Assembly: GCA_964187785.1 (NCBI GenBank)
Contig: OZ076415.1
Location: 65,348,001 to 65,412,000 of the forward strand
Source of the DNA: Amphiscolops sp. MND2022
Lineage: Eukaryota
Length of the DNA stretch: 64,000 nucleotides
Direction of reading: 5' to 3'
Translations under genes and position numbers: made by a program
In this document: positions 10,822-18,900 of the stretch, one piece after another
How the letters are laid out: each line of letters begins with the position of its first letter
Position numbering within the stretch: the first letter of the stretch is position 1
Notes under the pieces: generated by a model
What the model was told of the DNA's origin: nothing
The model's input: the letters and a program-made list of their open reading frames with translations, nothing else
Database searches by the model: none

Positions 10822-12969
10822 TTATATTGGAGCTACGAAGCTCTGTACTGAGGGATAAAGTGATTCTTCCTTATTCTTCAGTGCTTGGAGTTCTACTTCT
10901 TTTCCATTATCTTCAGTTTTCGCGTTTTTATCTTCAACGCTATCCTCGTAAGGGGCCCGCGGGGTGAATACAGAAGTTAAAACTGAAGTAAAGAAAAGAT
11001 TGTACGAAGCACTGAGCAATGTTTTAGTGAAGCTCAGTGTATTACCTGTGAGGTGACGAAGTTCAAAGTATCGGAAGACGAGTACCGTGATATCTATTAC
11101 GAACTTAATGAAAAGAAAGGCGCCAAAATACGCGCCGCAGAGTTCTAGTACGTAAGATATACTTCCAAATGTTTCAAGGAACTGATTTTTGAAGTAATCG
11201 GGTGAGATCATGCCGTCAACATAAAAATCTGTACGGGGTGCATAATACGCGAAAGATTCAGGTCCACTATGGGCCATTGAGGGTGTGATGAGCTCTCGTG
11301 AGAACTTCTGGAGGGCGTTGCGAGACGCTGCGCTGATGAGGATGTTGTCCCAAAATTCTGAGAGTTGTTTAGGCGTATACATTCCCGCGTCTTGTGAACC
11401 AGGGAAGGATCTAGTAATCATTGGTTGTATGTCTTTGGGTCCGAAGATAGCAGGTCGGTCGCGATGTTCGGGTGAAGGAGTGAGGGTAAACCAGGAGTCT
11501 TTGTCTTCCATATCCAATTGAAAGAGGTTCTTAATGCGATCGCTGCAATTTTGGGCGTTCGCGTTAGGATAGGTCTGTCGGGTGATTGGGTCCACGAAGG
11601 CAACCACTCCTTTGTAGAAGATGGGTATGCGGTCGTAGCATCGGTTCATCGTGTGAAGAGGTGAGTGGGATTCCGGACAGTGGTAGAGCCAAGCGAGGCT
11701 GCCATCTGTGTTCAGGAACATTGAGCGATTTCCCGTGAGCATGTATCCGGCGAGGCGAGGATTTTCCATTGATAGCATCAAAATAGTAAGGATTTGAGTT
11801 CTTTCTTGTTCGCATTGTGCTTTGAGGAGCTGGATTTCTGAAGCTTCGAGGAGACGAGTGCTCTCAAAGAAGAGATAATCAAGCTTTGTCCCTTGGTGTA
11901 ACTCGTAATCCATGTTGAGGTAATGAGGTGTATTAGGGTTGGGGTCGCTCGGGCCTCGAAAGAGGTGGAGTCGGCCATTACCAGAACCATCTTCGGGTGA
12001 ATAATATTGTAGTTTAGATGTCTCTCCCATGGAGATGCCGAGTCGTCTGCCGGACGTCATGTCGAAGCCACCAAGTTGGATTGAAACGTACAGGGATTCG
12101 TAGTTGGTCGGGTATACATCGTCTGGTTTGTTGCAATACTTTTGTGGTCTGTTGTAGACTTCGAATAAAAATTTGGTAGTGGAGTCGTTGCCGCTTACAA
12201 TATAGTAGTTAGATCCGTGTTTGATCATGTTCACGATTTCTTTCCTATGTACTGCAAGCACGCAATTATCGGGCTCCGCCCATGTGTAGGCGTATGGGTC
12301 CAGTGACGTCGTTTCGCAACCTAGTTGTTCTAAGGGGCAGGGAAGGACCATCTGAAACGGAGTCAGGACTTTTCCATCTCGAGTTTTTACTGATAATTCA
12401 GCATCTTGGATGTGAGATTCGAATGTTTCTCTTTTGATCCAGCCACCTGTCTTGCATTCATTTCGGGTATCTGGGTCGCGTACACCGTCCCAACTCTTTC
12501 CGTATTTGGCGTTTCTCGTCTGTACTTGTTTCACTCCTTTCTTAAATTTGAGGGGTTGTCCATGGATTATGACTTCTTTGCCTTCACCCATTGCCTTGCA
12601 GGTTTCGGGTGACAGGGAAAGATCGCTGGTGATTCCGTCGTGTAGGATTGACATACTGGAGTGGTCGTGATAACCACAATGCCATTCTTCACTCTGATGT
12701 TTCACACGGCACATAGTGGCGTTGATAGTGCGGCGGAAATGTTTAGTGTATAACGTTACGCTCGCACGACTTACCTCTAAGTTTTCAGGTGCCACATTGC
12801 ATTGTTCAACTTGATTCAATGCGTAGAGTTTATTTTGGGTCATTTCGCCGCAGTCGAAATGAGTTACTCGCAGTTTTTTAGCAACGCTAGCGAGGTTTGG
12901 CGTTGGACGTTGTAATATCACAACGGGCGCGTAATGGGCGCATAAAAAGAGTAAGTAAAATAATTTCAT
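10822..12969 (-). CDS. env: Envelope glycoprotein, chuvirus-G-like (class III fusogen-like)
   Basis: N-terminal signal peptide; Cys pattern HFDCG...C...MCRV......HCGYHDHS; N-glycosylation sequons; C-terminal hydrophobic TM segment; TTTCAG acceptor-like site 2 nt before the ATG. Confidence 0.8.
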   Translation of the reverse strand: MKLFYLLFLCAHYAPVVILQRPTPNLASVAKKLRVTHFDCGEMTQNKLYALNQVEQCNVAPENLEVSRASVTLYTKHFRRTINATMCRVKHQSEEWHCGYHDHSSMSILHDGITSDLSLSPETCKAMGEGKEVIIHGQPLKFKKGVKQVQTRNAKYGKSWDGVRDPDTRNECKTGGWIKRETFESHIQDAELSVKTRDGKVLTPFQMVLPCPLEQLGCETTSLDPYAYTWAEPDNCVLAVHRKEIVNMIKHGSNYYIVSGNDSTTKFLFEVYNRPQKYCNKPDDVYPTNYESLYVSIQLGGFDMTSGRRLGISMGETSKLQYYSPEDGSGNGRLHLFRGPSDPNPNTPHYLNMDYELHQGTKLDYLFFESTRLLEASEIQLLKAQCEQERTQILTILMLSMENPRLAGYMLTGNRSMFLNTDGSLAWLYHCPESHSPLHTMNRCYDRIPIFYKGVVAFVDPITRQTYPNANAQNCSDRIKNLFQLDMEDKDSWFTLTPSPEHRDRPAIFGPKDIQPMITRSFPGSQDAGMYTPKQLSEFWDNILISAASRNALQKFSRELITPSMAHSGPESFAYYAPRTDFYVDGMISPDYFKNQFLETFGSISYVLELCGAYFGAFLFIKFVIDITVLVFRYFELRHLTGNTLSFTKTLLSASYNLFFTSVLTSVFTPRAPYEDSVEDKNAKTEDNGKEVELQALKNKEESLYPSVQSFVAPI

Positions 12970-13037
12970 TTCTGAAATTCTTCAGTCTTTGACAATCAAT
13001 CAGGAAAAATGTTTTTTATAGATATGTGGATCCACGG

Positions 13038-13457
13038 TAAGGCCGTAAAAAGGCAAGCCGTAATATCAAACCGGCAGCTTAGCTGGCACGACACTAAGCG
13101 GAGGTTAAAATTTTATAGTAGTAACCTCACTACTATTGGAAAGTGCCTTATAGAAAGATTGTTTTTTTTTGTTTAAAGTATAGGTTTCGGAGTAAGGCCG
13201 TAAAAAGGCAAGCCGTAATATCAAACCGGCAGCTTAGCTGGTACAACACTAAGCGGAGGTTAAAATTTTATAGTAGTAACCTCACTACTGTTCACACGTA
13301 CCTAAGAGAAGGAGTAGTTTATTTGTCTTTTAGTTTAGTTTAATGTTATGGATCCTGAAATAAGGCCGTAAAAAGGCAAGCCGTAATATCAAACCGGCAG
13401 CTTAGCTGGCACGACACTAAGCGGAGGTTAAAATTTTATAGTAGTAACCTCACTACT
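13038..13457 (-). repeat. Three 97-bp structured direct repeats separated by 58- and 71-nt unique spacers
   Basis: Copies at 13038-13134, 13193-13289 and 13361-13457. They differ only at two positions in copy 2, both in a predicted loop. Confidence 0.95.
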
Positions 13458-13517
13458 ATTCAAAGAGTGCCCGAAGAAAAATAGTAAAAGAAACTAACTT
13501 CAACCATCTGTGAAGGT

Positions 13518-13862
13518 TCAGCTGTAGTTATCACTGATTGATTTTAGACTGGGAGAGTGTTTGTTACGTCTCTGAGCGTCGAGGAAATCGATTAACTTGC
13601 TGAGGAGATGAAGGGTCAGAGGGTGAACGTGATCTAAGTAAGCGATCTCCCTGTAGTCGGTTAGCGCCTTCGCAAGATCTGCTGCTTCTGTCGAGTCTGT
13701 GGCGACAGGGATGAGCCAATGTCCCGTTTGATGTGGTCGGAGGCTGTGGAGTTCAATCTGAAGTGCGGGGGCGCTCTCTTTCCAGGCTATAGAGAGGATC
13801 TCAAGAAGTGTGTTTGTTTCCGGGTGACGCCAGAGGAATTTGAGTTGTATTTTAAACATCAT
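13518..13862 (-). CDS. Small accessory ORF (paralog family), likely ATG at 13862
   Basis: Overlaps the stop of the upstream ORF by 11 nt; shares an S-x-x-x-A-x-L-x3-L-x2-Y pattern with its neighbours. Confidence 0.6.
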   Translation of the reverse strand: MMFKIQLKFLWRHPETNTLLEILSIAWKESAPALQIELHSLRPHQTGHWLIPVATDSTEAADLAKALTDYREIAYLDHVHPLTLHLLSKLIDFLDAQRRNKHSPSLKSISDNYS

Positions 13863-14247
13863 AGGTCTCAACTAGGGTGTGAAGATATTTGATTCTAACC
13901 TCTTCTTCAAAGGGGTTAGTTACTAGGGTGATATCCATAAAATAAACCAAGTCGTCGAAAGCCTTGTCTTTAAGGACGGCGGGGTGTTGGAGTATGTATT
14001 GTTGGAACGATAGGAATAGGTAGGCGTATTCCTTGGACCCGAAGTGAATAGGGAAGAGGACTAGTGCTTCTTTGTCTTCTGGTGTGAGTATACGGACTTG
14101 TATCGCCGAGGTAGTGATCTCGTAAAAGATTGACTGTATTTCGTATTCACCCGTGAGTTGTATGGGTTTCCAAGGAACCGGAGGTTGAAATTGAGTGTGG
14201 AAGTAGTACTTATTTCCTCGAAATACGGCAACTGCGGGAGAGGACAT
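13852..14247 (-). CDS. Small accessory ORF, 131 aa (paralog family)
   Basis: Its ATG overlaps the upstream TAA (TAATG at 14249-14245). Confidence 0.65.
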   Translation of the reverse strand: MSSPAVAVFRGNKYYFHTQFQPPVPWKPIQLTGEYEIQSIFYEITTSAIQVRILTPEDKEALVLFPIHFGSKEYAYLFLSFQQYILQHPAVLKDKAFDDLVYFMDITLVTNPFEEEVRIKYLHTLVETYDV

Positions 14248-14468
14248 TAAAGGACTGACTTGGCTCTTGTGAAGACTTCGGTAGGTGTGTTATTATATAG
14301 TAGACTCTCCAGTAGTGGGTAGATAGGTGATGCTGGCACACACGTGTAGGTTTCACTCTCTTCTTCTGCGATTGCGTAGGCTTGTATGATTATGTTCTGT
14401 GTTGAGGGTTCCTTCTGAATATCAGTTATCTGGGAAAGTCGGTTGTCAATTTTGAATATTATGATCAT
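14247..14468 (-). CDS. Small accessory ORF, 73 aa
   Basis: TGATG overlap at its start and TAATG overlap at its end. Confidence 0.55.
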   Translation of the reverse strand: MIIIFKIDNRLSQITDIQKEPSTQNIIIQAYAIAEEESETYTCVPASPIYPLLESLLYNNTPTEVFTRAKSVL

Positions 14469-14635
14469 CAGTGAGCTGTTATGCCTTGTGGCGTGTGTGC
14501 ATCAAACATAGCAAATCTGAGAATGGAATCATCAGTTATTTCATTGCGTTTTTGGGGGTATTTGTAGAGGAGAGAGGATTACGACTTCATGAGTCGTCGT
14601 AGTAAACTAGACAAATGTCCGGGTAGGATATTATA

Positions 14636-14727
14636 TTTTATATCTGATGACTAAGTTGAATAGTGATACATATATGGTTGACTTCAATCAATAATTATAA
14701 ACACTTTGCATGACTTTAAATAAATCA
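14636..14727. promoter_or_regulatory. Candidate internal bidirectional promoter
   Basis: TATAAAA on minus at 14642-14636, TATAAA on plus at 14696-14701 and Inr-like TCA at 14725-14727; divergent ORFs on both sides. Confidence 0.35.
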
Positions 14728-14742
14728 AATTTGTATTTAGGG

Positions 14743-15405
14743 ATGAGCAACAACAACAACAACAACTATAGCGACTATTACGAAGAATCCTCGACCGATG
14801 AGGAGACTACTGCTCCAGGGTCTGTGTCGGGCACTGCCGCTACCTCTTTGCCGCCACAATCGTCGTCGTCAGCTGGGCCGTCCTCGTCGAGCGGAGCGCG
14901 CACCAGTTCTTCTGCTCCCGCGTCATCAGGTTCTCAGGCAGGGACCTCTGGGGGTGGGTCTTTTGTGGCGTTTGTGGCCCCGAGGACTAGTGGCCCTTTT
15001 CCGCAAGCTCCCTCTACCATCTCGCAGGGTGTTTTGGAGAGCCCGGGGGATCAAAGTTTTATGGGTTTATTTACCCATAGGGATATCGACCGCCTAGAAA
15101 ACTGGGCTTCATTAACTAGTTCCCTTCAGGGTACCCCCGGGTTTTCTGTTTCTGGGCCTCCCGGTCCAAATGCTCTAACTAGTTTCTTGCGGGCTAACTG
15201 GGGGGCCCGTTGGGAGCAGACTCTCCTGTCCTCTCTCGGCGAAATAGTCGTCTTCCAGCTGCGAGCCTACATAAGTGGCTACTCGCAGCTGACTAGTTTT
15301 GAGAGGGGTCAGTGGACCCGCCTCTATTCATTGTGGACAATGGGGGAGCGGGCGGCTCAGCTGCGGCGACTTGCAGAGAAGGGAGGTTTCCTGGAGATTG
15401 AGTAG
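14743..15405 (+). CDS. Antisense accessory gene (Ser/Gly-rich N-terminus, helical C-terminus)
   Basis: Long ORF opposite the element strand in a region with no minus-strand ORF; TATA upstream and AATAAA at 15532-15537. An alternative ATG is at 14710. Confidence 0.65.
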   Translation: MSNNNNNNYSDYYEESSTDEETTAPGSVSGTAATSLPPQSSSSAGPSSSSGARTSSSAPASSGSQAGTSGGGSFVAFVAPRTSGPFPQAPSTISQGVLESPGDQSFMGLFTHRDIDRLENWASLTSSLQGTPGFSVSGPPGPNALTSFLRANWGARWEQTLLSSLGEIVVFQLRAYISGYSQLTSFERGQWTRLYSLWTMGERAAQLRRLAEKGGFLEIE

Positions 15406-15572
15406 GCATTATTGCCTCTCATCTCCAGGAAATACTTTATTTTTCTACGCTTTTGTGTTTGCTGCTTTTCGTAAGTTCCTTCTCGGGGTTGCACAAATTG
15501 TATAGATAAAAAGTCTAATAATAATAATAATAATAAAGATAATATTTTTTTCGAATAAGCGGTAATATCCGG

Positions 15573-15998
15573 CTAGGAGCTAGGCGAGGAGATAGTAGAA
15601 CAGCAGAATAAGTCTTTTTGTGTGTTAGGTAATGAAGGTTGTAGGTCAGGTATCAGGGTAGGCATGTAGGATAGTAGTTCCTCTAGGATAGGGTCATGGT
15701 GGGTGACGGCATAATAGGCTAAGTGTTGATATAAGCGGGCGAAAGTAGGTGATTCTGGGTGTATATGAAGGTTAGATTTTCTAGGCGTAGGTTGTTTATG
15801 TGGGCTAGGATCTGGGTCGTTGGAGTAGAAACAAATTCTAACTATTTTGTTTTTGTAGGTCCAGTAGATTTTAGTAATCGTAACCTGCAGAATTCCTAAG
15901 GACTGGAGTTCTCGCGGGACTTGCCAAGGCAAGTTTAGATAGACTTTATGGCACGGCATAGTAAGGTTATTCTTTGTAACCAATTCTAGTCCTTTCAC
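15573..15998 (-). CDS. Small accessory ORF after pol, 141 aa (paralog family)
   Basis: Overlaps the pol stop by 32 nt; LHIHPESPTFARLYQHLAYY resembles FPIHFGSKEYAYLFLSFQQY of ORF 13852-14247. Confidence 0.6.
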   Translation of the reverse strand: MKGLELVTKNNLTMPCHKVYLNLPWQVPRELQSLGILQVTITKIYWTYKNKIVRICFYSNDPDPSPHKQPTPRKSNLHIHPESPTFARLYQHLAYYAVTHHDPILEELLSYMPTLIPDLQPSLPNTQKDLFCCSTISSPSS

Positions 15999-18900
15999 GA
16001 AGTATGGACTGTCGTGCTGGTTGATTGGGTTGTGCTCGCTGATAACGTGGATTTCTCTCTATTTGGCGGGCAACAGCCTTTCGTAACTCTTGCAAGGGAG
16101 TCGTTGACTTGGTAGACGATGCCGGGGTGTTAGTTGGGGGTGCTGGAGTTGGTTGACGTTGAGTTAACGTCAGGATAGGGGTTGCTGCGTTTTGAGGATG
16201 TGATGTCGAAGGCTGATCGGGAGTCTTGGGAGTTGACAACAACTGATTTTCTGGAGAGATGATACCAGAGTCTGTGCTCTGGGGGGTTTGCGTTCTTTTG
16301 CGGGCAAGTATTTGGTTTTGTTGATTCCGTACTGGCAATATGGAGAGGTCTCCGAGTTTTTGTGGTTCTGAAACATTAAGTTGTTCAATTCTTCCTTTGA
16401 CAAGATTGTTATAAAAATCCGTGTCTCCACGGTGGGGAGTAGTGTATTCTTCGATAAGAGGGGGGAGTGTTTCTTCTTTAGGAAAGTATTCTATTAGATG
16501 GTTCCTATGTACAGTTCGGAGATTCTCGGGGTTTTGATCTTCCATTATTTGGTAAGTTGTATTTGTAATTCGTTTGGTAACCGTAAAGGGTCCTAGTCGC
16601 AGTTGTTGGAGTTTTTGGCTTTTGGAGAGGTCTTTTCGATGGTTCTCTAGCAGAACCTTTTGTCCAATGTTGAGGTGGTTCCCAAGTTTAAATCTGTTCC
16701 TGTAGGCGTGTGATTGAGCTGTTTGTTTTCTGCACTTTTCATATGTGGATGAGTAGACCTTTTTGAAGGCTGTTTCTCGTTCCAATAAGCTTTGTGATAG
16801 TTGTGGTCGTAATAGTCCATTTAGTAGTTCGTTTTTGACTTGGTTTTCGCTATGGCAATGAGGAGGTAATCCTTGACAGAATTGTGATTTGCAGTTCTTG
16901 TTTTTGTTCCTGTAGAGTCCCAGCTTCAGACTCATAGGTATCTGTGGTTTATTGCAAAACACTATCTCGTAGGGGGTCTTTCCAGTCGTGTAGTTGACGC
17001 TTGTGTTGTGGGCGAATGCAAATTTGGCAGCTAGTTGGGCCCAGTTGTTTCCTGATTCGTTTAGGAAGTTTCTCCAGTATCTTGCAATGTGTTGATTTTG
17101 AGTTTCTACTTTGCCATTTGTCCAGGGTGAGTGTGCGGTTCTTGGTCGAAGTGTAATGCCAAACTCTTTAGTCCAATTGACGAATTCAGTGTTCACGAAA
17201 GCTGTTCCTCTATCATGTACGATAGATTGAGGGATGCCATAGTGCATAATCCATTTTTCCATCGCATTGATTGTAGATTGTGCTCCTGTGTCTCTGACTG
17301 GGTATGCCATCAGGTAACGTGAGAAGGCGTCGATGATCAGAAGGCAATGTGAATTTCCACGACTGGGAGGATTGAGTGGTCCTTTGTGATCAATGTGGAT
17401 GGTTCTGAATACTTGAGTTTCGGTTTCGCAGTCTTCCAGTGGGACTTCGTTGTTTCTCCGTTGTTTGGATTTGTTAGATTGGCAGCTAACACAATCTTGT
17501 GTGAGGGCACAGATCCAGTTGTGCATCCCTGGCCAGTAGTAAAATCTCTTAGCATTGAGGAAGGTCTTTTCTGCTCCCATGTGGCCGCCGAGGTCGTTGT
17601 AATGTCCCATACGAAAGCAAGCTAAAAATAGAGAGAGAGGTAGACAGATTCTCAGATTCTCGTCTGTTGGGTCATCAGTTGGCTCGTTATAACAAAGGAG
17701 GTTTCCTTGGCCTTCTATAGATAATCTGTCGAATTCCTGAAAGTAACGCATGAGGCCTTTTGAGTGTTGTAACTCTGGTGATTTTGGTTCGGGTTTGTTT
17801 CCTGTTCTTACCCATTGTCGGACCACGCTGAGTACCGGGTCATTTATTTGTTCTTGTAAGATCGTTGTAACGTTTAGTTCTACTTCTTTGGATAGTTTAT
17901 CAAGTTGTCTGACAAGTTCCTGTGTTGGTGTCTTTTGTTTTTCAGTTGAATTTGTAGGTAGATCGAGGTGTTCTATTGCCTTCGCGTTTTTGGGAAGACT
18001 TGGGTTACGTGCGATGGGATCTTCTGTGTTGAGCTCGTAGTTGGTCTCGTTTATTTCTTGACTCTGATTGTCTGTGAGGGCTTCGTCATCCGTATCACTG
18101 TTGATGGAGCTGTAAGTGTTTTGTGATAAATCCGAAGTGCTATCCCGTGTTCCTGACCTGATTCTTAGTTCTTCGAATTTTCCAAGTTCTCTTCCAGCGT
18201 CGAGGCAACTCTGTGCTGACTCTACTTTCGGCAGGTTAGGTTCTTCGTAGATAGAGTTAACTGTGAAGTTATTCCCATCATTTTGGAGATGAAGTACTTT
18301 CCGTTCTTTTCCCTTCTCGTACAAGATGGGGTAAAAGTCGTTCTTGGATGTCTCTTCATTTTCTTCGTGTTTGATTTTGTAGTGTACTTGGGTTCCATGT
18401 TCGTCGAAAAAGTGTATGTCAGTTGGGATGACTTTGTGACTGAGTTGATGTTTCTTGTGTTCCTCGATGGAGACGTTTCGACTGAGTATGTCAGGGAAGG
18501 CTAGGTTGCTTCCTGGAGTCCAAATTATCTTGAGATTCGGGAATTTAGATATAATTACTTGGTACCTGAAAAAACGGGGTGAAATTTGTCCCTTTCTTCC
18601 CCAGAGATAAAGAATCGGCTTGTGATCGCAGTATAGGTAGATGGGGAAGGGAGATCCGATGATGTAGTGTTCATACGTCTGAAGAGCTGAGACTATGCCA
18701 CATAATTCTCTGTGTAGTGTGGACATCTTTTGTTCTTCCTTTGCGAAAACTCTTGAGTTGAAGGAAATGATCCGTTTCCCTTCTGGGAATTGTTGGATGA
18801 GGATACATCCTGTCCCAACGTTTGACGAGTCGACGTGTATGTGAAAGGGGTATTTTGTCGAGGGTATTGCGAGCACTGTGTCTTCGGTAATTCTTTTCTT

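Noticed and set aside
13038-13457. CRISPR array interpretation of the repeat-spacer pattern
   Set aside because: Repeats are 97 bp, only three in number, spacers are unequal, there are no cas genes and the context is a eukaryotic retroelement.
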